64,000 bases of DNA from an uncultured Candidatus Rokubacteria bacterium (lineage in GTDB: Bacteria > Methylomirabilota > Methylomirabilia > Rokubacteriales > DASRDR01). A program made the position numbers and the translations under genes. Below, piece after piece: positions 27,440-37,084 of this stretch. Each line of letters starts with the position of its first letter. Position 1 is the first letter of the stretch. The notes under the pieces were generated by a model. The model was not told where the DNA came from and did not search any database. It worked only from the letters and a program-made list of their open reading frames with translations. The stretch spans positions 608,001-672,000 of the forward strand of contig CAWDVE010000019.1 of NCBI GenBank assembly GCA_963805625.1, given 5' to 3'.

Positions 27440-28693
27440 ATGAAGATGGGCAAGTGGCTCCTGGTAGCGCTCGGCTTGACGTTCGGGATCGCGGGCACCG
27501 CCGGGGCCCAGACCGTCGAGATCGAGTACTGGCAGTACACCTTCGCCCAGCGCGTGCAGGCGATCGACGAGCTCATCAAGCGCTTCGAGGCGGAGAACCC
27601 CGGCATCAAGGTCAAGCACACCCACGTGCCGTACGACGACTTCCGGCTGAAGATCGCCGCCGCGATCCCGGCGGGGCAGGGACCCGACGTGGTCCAGCTC
27701 TTCTACGGGTGGCTCCAGGACTACCTGAAAGCCAAGCTCCTGCAGCCGCTACCGTCGGAGATGTTCCCTCCGGCCGAGATCGAGCGCGATTTCTTCCCGC
27801 TGGTGAAACAGATGAAGGTCGACGGGCAGTACTACGCCGTGCCCACGGCCGTGCGCTCACTCGCCTTGTTCTGGAACAAGAAGCTGTTCGCCGAGGCCGG
27901 CCTCGACCCGGCGAAGCCGCCCCAGACCCTCGACGAGCTGCTCGACACGGCCCGGAAGCTGACCAAGCGCGACGCCGGTGGCAACCTCCTCCAGGCCGGC
28001 ATCGCGCTGGACATGGGGCTCCAGGACCATCACTGGCTGCGCGAGGTGCTGATCCGCCAGATGGGCGGCCAGCCCTACTCGGCCGACGGCCGGAGCGTCG
28101 CCTACAACACGCCGGCCGGCCACCGGGCCGTCGCCTGGTACACCGACCTCGCGACGAAGCAGAAGGTCGGCGAGTTCGGCTTCATGACCGACGGGGTCAC
28201 GGCGTTCAAGTCAGGCAAGGCCGGCCTCATGATCGACGGCTCGTTCCGCCTGGCGGCCTTCGACGCCCAGGCCGGGCTCGACTACGGGGTCGTTGAGCTG
28301 CCGACCCACCAGGGCAAGCGCTCCAACTTCGCGTCCTACTGGGTCAACGGCATCACGCCCAAGGCGACCGGCCCCAAGCGGGACGCGGCCGTGAAGTTCC
28401 TCAAGTTCATCACCACGCCCGCGGCGATGGAGCTCTGGCTCGAGAAGGTGGGTGAGCTCCCGGCCCGCAAGGCGGTGGCCGAGCGCGACTCGATTCGCAA
28501 CAATCCGAAGTACGGCGCCTTCATCCGCGGCCTCGGCTACGCCGAGGCGACCTTCTTCGTCAACGAGACCGCGCAGCGCAAGCTCTTCATGGACATGGTC
28601 GACCGCGTCGTCCTCAAGGCCCAGCCGGTGCCGGAGTCGGTCGCGCAGGCGGCAGCCGAGGAGCAGAAGCTGCTGGACGCGTTCTTCAAGTAG
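27440..28693 (+). CDS. CUT1 (carbohydrate-type) ABC solute-binding protein
   Basis: GAGGAGG RBS, signal peptide, FEAENPGIKV, GPDV, LFWNKKLF. Confidence 0.92.
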   Translation: MKMGKWLLVALGLTFGIAGTAGAQTVEIEYWQYTFAQRVQAIDELIKRFEAENPGIKVKHTHVPYDDFRLKIAAAIPAGQGPDVVQLFYGWLQDYLKAKLLQPLPSEMFPPAEIERDFFPLVKQMKVDGQYYAVPTAVRSLALFWNKKLFAEAGLDPAKPPQTLDELLDTARKLTKRDAGGNLLQAGIALDMGLQDHHWLREVLIRQMGGQPYSADGRSVAYNTPAGHRAVAWYTDLATKQKVGEFGFMTDGVTAFKSGKAGLMIDGSFRLAAFDAQAGLDYGVVELPTHQGKRSNFASYWVNGITPKATGPKRDAAVKFLKFITTPAAMELWLEKVGELPARKAVAERDSIRNNPKYGAFIRGLGYAEATFFVNETAQRKLFMDMVDRVVLKAQPVPESVAQAAAEEQKLLDAFFK

Positions 28694-28702
28694 GGGCTCT
28701 GA

Positions 28703-28734
28703 CGGGGCCCCGGGGGCTCGGCCCTGGGGCCCCG
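28703..28734 (+). other. Intercistronic hairpin after SBP gene
   Basis: CGGGGCCCCGGGG...CCCTGGGGCCCCG stem; a typical mRNA-stabilising position. Confidence 0.5.
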
Positions 28735-28751
28735 CGCCCTCGACGCCCGCG

Positions 28752-29636
28752 ATGCTGGACCGGCTCTCTCTCCGTGCGCGGCGGACCCTTTCCGCATGGA
28801 CCTTCCTCGCGTTGCCCATCCTCTTCTATGCCGCCATTCGCTTCTACCCCACGGCCGACGCGCTCCTCACGTCCCTGACCGACTGGAACATCGTCGGCCC
28901 GCGCCGGTTCGTCGGCCTCGACAACTACCGGCGTCTCCTGACGGACCCGACCTTCTGGAAGGTGATGGGGAACACTTTCCAGTACCTGGTCGTGGGCGTC
29001 GCCGTCAGCCTCGCGCTCTCCTTTCTCATCGCCTACCACCTCGACCGGATCCGCGTCGGCCATGCGCTCCTGCGCGCGCTCTACTTCGTGCCCCACCTCA
29101 CGACCGCCGTCGCCATGGCCTGGGTCTGGCGGTGGCTCTACCAGCCGGTGCCGATCGGCGTGTTCAACGGCCTGCTGGTGTGGGCGGGCCTCCCGCAGCA
29201 GCCCTTCCTGCGCTCGACGGAGCAGGCGCTCTACGCCGTCCTGGCGCCCGCCGTCTGGGCGGGGCTCGGGTTCCAGGTCGTGATCTTCCTGGCCGGTCTG
29301 AAGGCGATCCCGCAGGAGTATTACGAGGCCGCGGCGATCGACGGCGCCGGGAGCTGGCGGACGCTCGTGGACGTGACGCTCCCGCTCCTCCGGCCGACCG
29401 TCGTCTTCTTGGTCGTCGTCAGCTCGATCGCCTTCCTCCGCATCTTCGACTACGTGTACAGCATGACGAACGGACAGGGCGGGCCGCTCGACTCGACCAA
29501 GCCGCTCGTCCTCAAGATCTACGAGACCGCCTTCGGCCACTTCCAGATGGGCTACGCCACCGCCCAGACGGTCGTCCTGTTCGTGATCCTCCTCGCCATC
29601 TCGCTCTTCCAGCTCCGGCTGCTCCGGTCCGCATGA
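28752..29636 (+). CDS. Sugar ABC permease 1
   Basis: FVGLDNY, YYEAAAIDGAG EAA motif. Confidence 0.92.
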   Translation: MLDRLSLRARRTLSAWTFLALPILFYAAIRFYPTADALLTSLTDWNIVGPRRFVGLDNYRRLLTDPTFWKVMGNTFQYLVVGVAVSLALSFLIAYHLDRIRVGHALLRALYFVPHLTTAVAMAWVWRWLYQPVPIGVFNGLLVWAGLPQQPFLRSTEQALYAVLAPAVWAGLGFQVVIFLAGLKAIPQEYYEAAAIDGAGSWRTLVDVTLPLLRPTVVFLVVVSSIAFLRIFDYVYSMTNGQGGPLDSTKPLVLKIYETAFGHFQMGYATAQTVVLFVILLAISLFQLRLLRSA

Positions 29637-30472
29637 GCCTCACGGTGGGGCGGGGGAGGCCGGGGCGACCGAGGCGGATGATCGTCTGGACACTCCTGTT
29701 CCTCGGCGGCGTGCTGATGGTGATGCCGTTCGTCTACATGCTGTCGACCTCGCTCAAGCAGAACGTCGAGGTGTACCAGCTGTCGCTCCTGCCCCGGTCG
29801 CCGACGCTGGCGAACTACCGCCGGCTGACCGCCGCCTCGGGGTTCCCGCGCTGGTTCCTCAACTCCCTCGTGATCGCGGTCCTCACGACGCTCTCCGTGC
29901 TGATCTTCGACAGCCTGGTGGGCTACACGCTGGCGAAGTTCCGGTTCCGCGGCCGCCGGCTCGTGTTCCTGGCCATCCTGAGCACGCTGATGATCCCGAC
30001 CGAGATGCTCGTCCTGCCCTGGTACGTCATGAGCAAGAATCTCGGCTGGCTCGACACCTACTGGGGCATCATGTTCCCGGGCATGATGACCGGGTTCGGG
30101 ACCTTCCTCATGAAGCAGTTCTTCGAGAGCGTGCCGGACGAGCTGCTGGAGGCCGCCCGGGTCGACGGGGTGGGCGAGTTCCGGATCTGGTGGCGCATCG
30201 CCATGCCTCTCGTGGCCCCGGCGCTCTCGGCGCTCGCGATCTTCACCTTCCTCGGGAACTGGACGGCCTTCCTCTGGCCCCTCATCTCCACGACGAAGCG
30301 CGAGCTCTACACGCTGCCGGTGGGGCTCGCGTCGTTCTCGGGCGAGTTCCAGACCGAGTGGGAGATGGTGATGACCGGCGCCAGCGTCGCCACTCTCCCG
30401 ATGCTCCTGGTCTTCATCGTGCTCCAGAAGTACATCGTCCGCGGCGTCATGCTGACGGGCATCAAGGGCTAG
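29633..30472 (+). CDS. Sugar ABC permease 2
   Basis: FLNSL, ELLEAARVDG, WTAFLWPL. Confidence 0.92.
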   Translation: MSLTVGRGRPGRPRRMIVWTLLFLGGVLMVMPFVYMLSTSLKQNVEVYQLSLLPRSPTLANYRRLTAASGFPRWFLNSLVIAVLTTLSVLIFDSLVGYTLAKFRFRGRRLVFLAILSTLMIPTEMLVLPWYVMSKNLGWLDTYWGIMFPGMMTGFGTFLMKQFFESVPDELLEAARVDGVGEFRIWWRIAMPLVAPALSALAIFTFLGNWTAFLWPLISTTKRELYTLPVGLASFSGEFQTEWEMVMTGASVATLPMLLVFIVLQKYIVRGVMLTGIKG

Positions 30473-30473
30473 C

Positions 30474-30594
30474 GGCGTGGCCGATGACCGGCGCAGCCCG
30501 GCGTCCTCGGCCCTCGCCCATCCTCGGCGTACAGGAGTACGCCTCCGGGGGGCTCGGGCCTGCGTCCTTGGGCTGCTTGGTCCTCGACCACGCC
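30474..30594. repeat. 121-bp nested palindromic element (BOX/MITE-like)
   Basis: GGCGTGGCCGATGACC / GGTCCTCGACCACGCC outer arms, GCAGCCC/GGGCTGC, inner GGCGTAC-AGGA-GTACGCC. Confidence 0.65.
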
Positions 30595-30656
30595 CCGGGG
30601 TGGACTGGGAAGCTCGGCAGTTCCGAACCTCGGCCGTTCGAGGATTCTAGGGACGC

Positions 30657-32156
30657 ATGAGCGGCTCGTCGGGTGAGGAGCGGTTTCCGGCGCCGGTGTA
30701 CCGCGAGACGGTGCTCGCGCCGCTCTTCGAGGGCGTGAAGCAGCACCACTGGCGGCAGCAGATGCGGATCAACCGGGCGAGCGCGATCATGCTGGCCGCG
30801 CAGGGCCTCCTCACCCGGGCCGAGGCGGGGGCGATCCTCCAGGCACTCGACGACATCGAGCGGAGCACCGACGTCCCGGCGCTCGCCTACACGGGAGAGC
30901 ACGAGGACTTCTTCTTCCTCGTCCAGACGGAGCTCGAGCGGCGACTCGGCGTCGAGACGGCGGGGAAGCTCCACACGGGGCGCAGCCGGAACGACATCGA
31001 CCACACGGTGTTCAAGATGGCGCTCAAGGAGCGCCTGGTCGTGCTGCTCGACGATCTCCTCGGGGCGATCGCGGCCCTGCTCGAGGTCGCGGAAGTGAAC
31101 CGGGGCACGCTGGTGGTGGCCTACACCCACGGCCAGCCCGCCCAGCCGACGACCTACGGGCACTACCTCGGCGCCCTCATCGAGCTCTTGCTTCGCGACG
31201 TGGAGCGCCTGCGGCTGGCGAGCCGCTACCCGGATCTCTCCAGCATGGGCGCCGCGGCGATCACGACCTCCGGCTTTCCGCTGGACCGTGCGGCGATGGC
31301 CGAGCTCCTCGGCTTCGCCGGCGTGCAGGACAACGCCTATGGCTGCATCGCCGCCAACGACTACGTCACCAGCGTGTACGGCGCGCTCCAGCTCCTCTTC
31401 ATCCATCTCGGGCGGTTCGCCCAGGATCTCAACGCCTGGACCGCATTCGAGGTGGGGCACCTCCGCGTCCCCGACGCGTACGTGCAGGTGAGCTCGATCA
31501 TGCCGCAGAAGCGGAACCCCGTCGCGGTCGAGCATCTCCGGCTCCTCTGCTCGCTCGCGGCGGGCCGGGCCGAGGCGACGCTCGCGGTGCTCCACAACAC
31601 GCCGTTCACCGACGTGAACGACGCCGAGGGCGAGGTGCAGGTGGCCGGCTACGCCGCCTTCGACGCGGGCGGCCGGGCGCTCCGGCTCCTCGCGGGATTC
31701 ATCCGCGCCGCGCGCGTGGACGAGGCGCGCGTCCGCCGCCACATCGACGAGAGCTGCATCACGGCGACCGAGCTGGCCGACTCGCTGGTGCGCGCGGAGG
31801 GCATCTCCTTCCGCCAGGCGCACGAGATCGTCTCGCGGCTCGTGCGGGGGATGCTCGGCCGCGGCGAGCGTTTTCCCACCGTTCCCTACGCGGCGTTCGC
31901 CGAGGCGTTCACCCAGATGGTGGGCCGCCCGCCCCGGCTTGGGGAAGCGGATCTTCGCCGGTACACGACGCCCGAGCACTTCGTCGCCGTGCGCACGCTC
32001 CCGGGCGGCCCGGCGCCGGGCCCGCTCGGGGCGAGCCTCGGCCGCTACCGGAGCGAGCTCGACGCGGCCCGGAGCTGGCTCGGTGACTACCGGGCGCGGC
32101 TCGCGGACGTCGACCGTCGGCTGGCCGACCGCGCGCGCGCCCTGATGGGAGGCTGA
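30657..32156 (+). CDS. Argininosuccinate lyase-family (ArgH-like) C-N lyase
   Basis: LHTGRSRND, AYTHGQPAQP, SSIMPQKRNP, FRQAHEIV. Confidence 0.9.
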   Translation: MSGSSGEERFPAPVYRETVLAPLFEGVKQHHWRQQMRINRASAIMLAAQGLLTRAEAGAILQALDDIERSTDVPALAYTGEHEDFFFLVQTELERRLGVETAGKLHTGRSRNDIDHTVFKMALKERLVVLLDDLLGAIAALLEVAEVNRGTLVVAYTHGQPAQPTTYGHYLGALIELLLRDVERLRLASRYPDLSSMGAAAITTSGFPLDRAAMAELLGFAGVQDNAYGCIAANDYVTSVYGALQLLFIHLGRFAQDLNAWTAFEVGHLRVPDAYVQVSSIMPQKRNPVAVEHLRLLCSLAAGRAEATLAVLHNTPFTDVNDAEGEVQVAGYAAFDAGGRALRLLAGFIRAARVDEARVRRHIDESCITATELADSLVRAEGISFRQAHEIVSRLVRGMLGRGERFPTVPYAAFAEAFTQMVGRPPRLGEADLRRYTTPEHFVAVRTLPGGPAPGPLGASLGRYRSELDAARSWLGDYRARLADVDRRLADRARALMGG

Positions 32157-32164
32157 GGGCGCCC

Positions 32165-32275
32165 CGTCACCGTGGCCAGCGACCAGCCGACCAGCTCAAT
32201 CTCGCCGCGATGCCGGGCATCCGCGCTGTCTCCCGTGACGCCGTCGACGCGCAGGAAGATCCCGGCTCCATGCAT
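32165..32275 (-). pseudogene. hcp: Hcp (type VI secretion tube protein) N-terminal stub
   Basis: IFLRVDGVTGDSADARHRGEIELVGWS matches the Hcp start pattern FLKIDGIxGESxDxxHKGEIxVxSWS; truncated after about 35 aa. Confidence 0.7.
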
Positions 32276-32288
32276 GCCTGTTGCGCCG

Positions 32289-33248
32289 TCAGCGCGCGCG
32301 GTGGTCGCGGCGGTACGCGGCGATCAGCGCGAGGATCTCCGCGGCGACGGTCGCCGCCAGCAGCGCGCTGATCTGACCGGGGTCGTAGTTCGGGTTCATC
32401 TCCACGACGTCGGCCCCGGCCAGGTCGAGCCCGCGGAGGCTCCGGATCAGCCGCAGGATGTCGCGGGCCGACGGGCCGCCCGCCTCCGGCGTCTGGACGC
32501 CCGGCGCGAAGGCGGGATCGACCACGTCGAGGTCGAAGGACAGGAAGACCTTGCGGCCCCGGAACTTGTCGAGGATCCGGCGAGCGAGCGCCTCCAGGCC
32601 GCCGTCGAGCATCTGGTCCGTGGTGACGACCTCGTAGCCCAGATCCAGCGACTGCTGGATGTCCTGGTTGCTGAAGAGCGACCCGCGCATCCCGATCTGC
32701 ATCGACGCGCGAGCGTCGATGACGCCCTCTTCGACGCCACGCCGGAACGCGGTGCCGGCGCTGTGGCGCTGGCCGGCGAAGTAGGTGTCCCAAGTGTCGG
32801 TGTGAGAATCGAAGTGGAGGACCGCGAGGGGCCCATGGAGTCGCCCGAGCGCGCGCAGCTCCGGGAGCGCGATCGAGTGATCGCCACCGATGCCGAGGGG
32901 GATCACGCGCCTGGCCACCAGCGGCGCCATCGCCGCCTCGATGCGCTCGAACGATTCCGGGAGGTACCCTGGCACGACGTCCGCGTCGCCGTAGTCGACG
33001 ATCGCGCACTCCTCGAAGACGTTCAGGTCCTGGTAGGGATTGATCGGCCGCAACATGAGCGACATCGCCCGCACGGCGCTCGGGCCGAACCGACACCCTA
33101 CCCGGAACGGCGACCCCGTGTCGAAGGGGATCCCGAGCACCGCGACGTCCACACCCTCCAGCTCCCTCGTGTGCGGCAGGCGCATGAAGGTCGTGATCCC
33201 GACGAAGCGCGGGGTTCTGAGCGAGTCCTCGGGCAGGAATGTTGGCAT
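32289..33248 (-). CDS. speB: Agmatinase-like ureohydrolase
   Basis: GIPFD, GGDHSI, HFDSHTDT, SFDLDVVDPAFAPG, VVEMNP. Confidence 0.88.
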   Translation of the reverse strand: MPTFLPEDSLRTPRFVGITTFMRLPHTRELEGVDVAVLGIPFDTGSPFRVGCRFGPSAVRAMSLMLRPINPYQDLNVFEECAIVDYGDADVVPGYLPESFERIEAAMAPLVARRVIPLGIGGDHSIALPELRALGRLHGPLAVLHFDSHTDTWDTYFAGQRHSAGTAFRRGVEEGVIDARASMQIGMRGSLFSNQDIQQSLDLGYEVVTTDQMLDGGLEALARRILDKFRGRKVFLSFDLDVVDPAFAPGVQTPEAGGPSARDILRLIRSLRGLDLAGADVVEMNPNYDPGQISALLAATVAAEILALIAAYRRDHRAR

Positions 33249-33255
33249 GGGCCCC

Positions 33256-33540
33256 TCAGCGTCCGCCCCCGGCGGGGGCGCGCTCGACGAGGAACTGGAA
33301 CAGCGCCTGAGCGGCGAGTCGGATCGTGGTCTCGGCCGGGTCGTAGTTCGGCGCCACCTCGACCAGGTCCAGTGCCGCGACCGGGTACCGGGCGAAGACG
33401 CCGACGGCCTCGAGGAGCTGCCGCGCCTCCAGCCCGTCGAGGACGATCCCGCCGGTGCCGGGCGCATACGCGCAGGCGACGACGTCGATGTCGATCGAGA
33501 CGTAGAGGAGGTCCACAAGCGAGAGGCTCTCAGTCATCAC
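33256..33540 (-). pseudogene. Second ureohydrolase, C-terminal third only
   Basis: YVSIDIDVVACAYAPGTG...DLVEVAPNYD; lacks GGDH and DxHxD regions. Confidence 0.8.
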
Positions 33541-34379
33541 GCCCTCGCCTCGGCCTCGGGCTCGGCCTCGCGCCCCTCCACCAGCACCCGCTGGAGGAAC
33601 TCGGCCGTCCGCGGGTGCGCGGGTGCCCGGAAAATGGCCCGCGGGTCGCCCACCTCGATGATCCGACCCTGGTCCATGACGATCACGCGATCCGCCACCT
33701 CCCGGGCGAACTGCATCTCGTGGGTCACCACGATCATCGTCATGCCGTCGTGGGCGAGGCCGCGCATCACCTTCAGGACCTCCCCCACGAGCTCGGGATC
33801 GAGGGCCGAGGTCACCTCGTCGAAGAGCATGGCCTCCGGCTGCATCGCGAGCGCCCGGGCGATGGCCACGCGCTGCTGCTGCCCTCCCGAGAGCTGATGC
33901 GGATAAGCCGCCGCTTTGTCCGCGAGCCCGATGCGCTGCAGGAGCTCGGTGGCGCGCACGCGGGCCTCGGCTGGGGTGAGGCCCCGCACGTGGATCGGGC
34001 CCGCGGTGACGTTGTCGAGCACGGTCATGTGCGGGAACAGGTTGAACCGCTGGAAGACCATCCCGATCTCGAGGCGGACGGCCCGGATCGTCCGGTCGTC
34101 GGGCCGCCGAGCGCGACCGTCCAGACCAGGCTTCGCGAGGTGTATGCCCTTGATGGTGATGGTCCCTCCGTCGACCGTCTCGAGGGCGTTCAGCACCCGG
34201 AGAAGCGTGGTCTTGCCCGACCCGCTCGGCCCGATCACAACCACGACCTCGCCGGGATCGACGTCGAGGGTCACCCCGCGCAGGACCTCGAGCGTCCCGA
34301 AGCGCTTCCAGACATCGCGGACGACGATCAATGGGGTAGGGGACCCCGTGCGGGCGTCGACCGCTGGCGAGGTGCTCAC
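33537..34379 (-). CDS. Polar amino-acid ABC ATP-binding protein
   Basis: [38 protein letters not shown]. Confidence 0.93.
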   Translation of the reverse strand: MSTSPAVDARTGSPTPLIVVRDVWKRFGTLEVLRGVTLDVDPGEVVVVIGPSGSGKTTLLRVLNALETVDGGTITIKGIHLAKPGLDGRARRPDDRTIRAVRLEIGMVFQRFNLFPHMTVLDNVTAGPIHVRGLTPAEARVRATELLQRIGLADKAAAYPHQLSGGQQQRVAIARALAMQPEAMLFDEVTSALDPELVGEVLKVMRGLAHDGMTMIVVTHEMQFAREVADRVIVMDQGRIIEVGDPRAIFRAPAHPRTAEFLQRVLVEGREAEPEAEARA

Positions 34380-35026
34380 GCTCCGATCCGCATCCGCCGC
34401 TCGAGCCAGGCGACCCCGCGGCTCGCCGGATAGCTGATCGCGAAGTAGATGACGAGCACCGCCGTGAAGATTGCGAAGTACTGGAACGTCTCCGCGGCGA
34501 GGAGCCGGGCGCTGAACAGGAGCTCGCGGATGGAGATGGTGGCGACGATGGCCGTGTCCTTGAAGAGCGACACGAGGTAGTTCCCCATCGGGGGGATCAC
34601 GATCCGGAATGCCTGCGGGAGCACGACGATGCGGAGGATGAGCGGCGTCGGCATCGCGAGCGCGTGCGCGGCTTCCCACTGGGACCGGTCGATGGCCTCG
34701 ATTCCGGCCCGGTACACCTCGCTCATGTACGCCCCGTAGTTGATTCCGAGGCCGAGGACCCCGGTCAGGATCGGGTTCATGGTGATCCCGACGAAGGGGA
34801 GGACGAAGTAGAGGTAGAAGAGCTGGACGAGGAGCGGCGTGCCCCGCACGAGCTCGACGAAGCCCTGGGCTGGTTTGTACAGGTACCACCGCTGACGGTT
34901 CAGGCGCGCGAGGGCGAGGACCAGACCCAGCACGAGCGCGAAGGCGAAGCTCGCCACGGTGAGGAAGATCGTGAGGGCCGTGCCCCGCATGAGCGGCGGC
35001 CCCCACTCGAGCCAGCGGTCGATCAC
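34376..35026 (-). CDS. Polar amino-acid ABC permease
   Basis: [27 protein letters not shown]. Confidence 0.93.
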   Translation of the reverse strand: MIDRWLEWGPPLMRGTALTIFLTVASFAFALVLGLVLALARLNRQRWYLYKPAQGFVELVRGTPLLVQLFYLYFVLPFVGITMNPILTGVLGLGINYGAYMSEVYRAGIEAIDRSQWEAAHALAMPTPLILRIVVLPQAFRIVIPPMGNYLVSLFKDTAIVATISIRELLFSARLLAAETFQYFAIFTAVLVIYFAISYPASRGVAWLERRMRIGA

Positions 35027-35036
35027 GGGTGACTCC

Positions 35037-35089
35037 GGGCCGGCGGGCGCGAGGAGGCTTCGTCGCCTCGTCCTCCCGCCCGCCGGCCC
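35037..35089 (-). other. Intercistronic hairpin after SBP gene
   Basis: Perfect 13-bp arms GGGCCGGCGGGCG / CGCCCGCCGGCCC. Confidence 0.6.
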
Positions 35090-35102
35090 TGCTGCGTGAA
35101 CG

Positions 35103-35942
35103 CTATGGCTTCAGGTAGAAGCTGGGGGGCACGAGGCCGTACTTCTCGAACACCCGGTCGAGGGACCCGTCGGCCTTCATCGCCGCCAGCGTCCGGTTGA
35201 GAGCCTCCCGCAGGTCCGCGCTGTCCTTGCGCACGGCCAGCGCCACCGCGTTCGACACCTTCTCTCGCGGCTGGTAGTCGGCCACGAGCTCGATTCCGAG
35301 GTTGGGATTTTGCTTGACGGCGTAGGCGGCCAGCACCGCGTCCACGATCCCCCCGTCGAGCCGGCCGGCGGCCACGTCCGCGATGAGCTCGGTCGGCGTG
35401 GGGTATGCTTTGGTCTCGATCTTGGCGCCCTGCTTGTTCAGGTCATTGAGCCAGTCGATCCACACGGTGCCCTCGTACGAACCGGCCGACTTCCCACCGA
35501 GATCCGTGAGCTTGTGGATGCCCTTCGGGTTCCCCTTCCGCACGATCAGCGTCTCCGAGTTGTAGAAGAGAATGTCGCTGAAGTCGACCAGCAGCTTGCG
35601 CTTCTCGGTCGGGAAGAAGGTGTCGCAGGCGAGGTCGATCCGTCCGCTGGTCAATGCCGGGATCAGGCTACCGAACGGCATCGTGTAGACCTCGATCTTC
35701 TCGATACCCTCGCGCTTGAGCATCGCCTGGCAGAAGTCGAGCGTGATCCCCAGCGGCTGGTCGCTGGCGGACATCCACGCGATGGGAGCGTTGCCGCCGG
35801 AGATTCCGACCACGAGCGCCTTGGCTGCCTTGGCCTTCGCGAGCGCCCCTTGCGCCGCTGCCGGCGTGGCGACCGCCAGACAGGCCACCGCGGCGAGGAC
35901 GAGTCCGAGCCCCGTCCCGATCCAGCCACTGCTTCTACGCAT
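35103..35942 (-). CDS. Polar amino-acid (SBP_bac_3) substrate-binding protein
   Basis: AGGAGG RBS, signal peptide, FGSLIPALTSGRID, MKADGS. Confidence 0.9.
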   Translation of the reverse strand: MRRSSGWIGTGLGLVLAAVACLAVATPAAAQGALAKAKAAKALVVGISGGNAPIAWMSASDQPLGITLDFCQAMLKREGIEKIEVYTMPFGSLIPALTSGRIDLACDTFFPTEKRKLLVDFSDILFYNSETLIVRKGNPKGIHKLTDLGGKSAGSYEGTVWIDWLNDLNKQGAKIETKAYPTPTELIADVAAGRLDGGIVDAVLAAYAVKQNPNLGIELVADYQPREKVSNAVALAVRKDSADLREALNRTLAAMKADGSLDRVFEKYGLVPPSFYLKP

Positions 35943-36118
35943 GCGGTCCTCCTGGTTCGTGCTGGTGTGAGCGCCATCGTCTCCGAGTGCTCTCGCGTTG
36001 CGCGCCCCTGCGCCGGGGGCGGTCGCGCTCGCGAGCGCGTTGATCCGAGCTGCCGGCATTGCTTGTTGCGCAACGCCACCGGGAGGGGCGTTTACTGACC
36101 ACACCTCTACATGCGAGG

Positions 36119-36147
36119 TGTATACGAACGGGCCCTCCCGCTGTCAA
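36119..36147 (-). promoter_or_regulatory. Sigma70-type promoter of the amino-acid ABC/ureohydrolase operon
   Basis: TTGACA-N17-TATACA on the minus strand. Confidence 0.6.
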
Positions 36148-36282
36148 GGGGTGCACCGACGGCCCGCGGCGTCACCCGGGGAAGTCGGCGCGCGGAGCGT
36201 CCTGGCTTGACGAGCCCACTGGAGAGCGCATCCGGGTTAGGCTGGGGGCGTACCGCTGAACCACCTCCAGACGGGAGACCCG

Positions 36283-37044
36283 ATGACGACGACGGCGACC
36301 CTGACCGAGCAGTGGGTGGAGCGGGGCTTCCTCCCCGTGGTGGACGTGCTGACGCCGGAGGAAGCGATCCGATGCCGCGCCTCGTTCGACACGCTCGAGC
36401 GGGAGGTTGGGCTCGAGACCGCGGAGGTCCGGATTCTCGACCGGCACCTCGACGTGGAGTTCGTCTGGCGGCTCGCCACGCATCCGCGGGTGCTCGACGT
36501 CGTGGAGGCGGTCCTGGGCCCGGACGTCCTGCTGCTCGCGTCCAACTTTTTCTGCAAGTATCCCGCGGAGGAGCGAGGCGAGCGGTTCGTGGCGTGGCAC
36601 CAGGACGTGACCTACTGGGGCCTCGAGCCGGCGCGCGCCATCACCGCCTGGATCGCGATCGACGACGCCGACGTGGAGAACGGATGCATGAGCGTGATTC
36701 CGGGCTCTCACCGCCTGGGCATCCTCGAGCACGGCAAGTCCGGCCGCGAGGGCAACCTCCTGAGCATCAACCAGGCGGTGCCGGACGGGCTCGTCGACGA
36801 GGGGCGGGCGGTCTCGATGCCGCTTCGCGCGGGGCAGATGTCGCTCCACGACGGGATGCTGCTCCACGGGAGCCATCCCAACCGCTCGAGCCGCCGTCGC
36901 TGCGGGCTCGCGGTGCGATTCACCACGCCCGACGTCCGCCAGGTGTCCCCGAACTCGCTCCGCGGCTACTACCGCCCGGTCCTCGTCCGCGGCATCGATC
37001 GCCACCGCCACTTCCCCCCGGTCGAGGTGCCCTGGCGCGCCTGA
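36283..37044 (+). CDS. Phytanoyl-CoA dioxygenase (PhyH)-family 2OG oxygenase
   Basis: WHQD, ENGCM..IPGSH, HGSHPNRS..RR. Confidence 0.9.
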   Translation: MTTTATLTEQWVERGFLPVVDVLTPEEAIRCRASFDTLEREVGLETAEVRILDRHLDVEFVWRLATHPRVLDVVEAVLGPDVLLLASNFFCKYPAEERGERFVAWHQDVTYWGLEPARAITAWIAIDDADVENGCMSVIPGSHRLGILEHGKSGREGNLLSINQAVPDGLVDEGRAVSMPLRAGQMSLHDGMLLHGSHPNRSSRRRCGLAVRFTTPDVRQVSPNSLRGYYRPVLVRGIDRHRHFPPVEVPWRA

Positions 37045-37084
37045 CCGGCATGACGGCGGACCGGCCGAGCGACCGAGTGGCGCG

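Noticed and set aside
35037-35089. Guanidine-II riboswitch (two ACGA words on the minus strand)
   Set aside because: The ACGA words are not in two separate G-C-closed tetraloop hairpins; it is one long intercistronic stem.
35943-36115. Lysine or guanidine-I riboswitch, or sigma54 promoter
   Set aside because: AGAGGTG is present but the other conserved blocks are absent; GG/GC spacing does not fit -24/-12.
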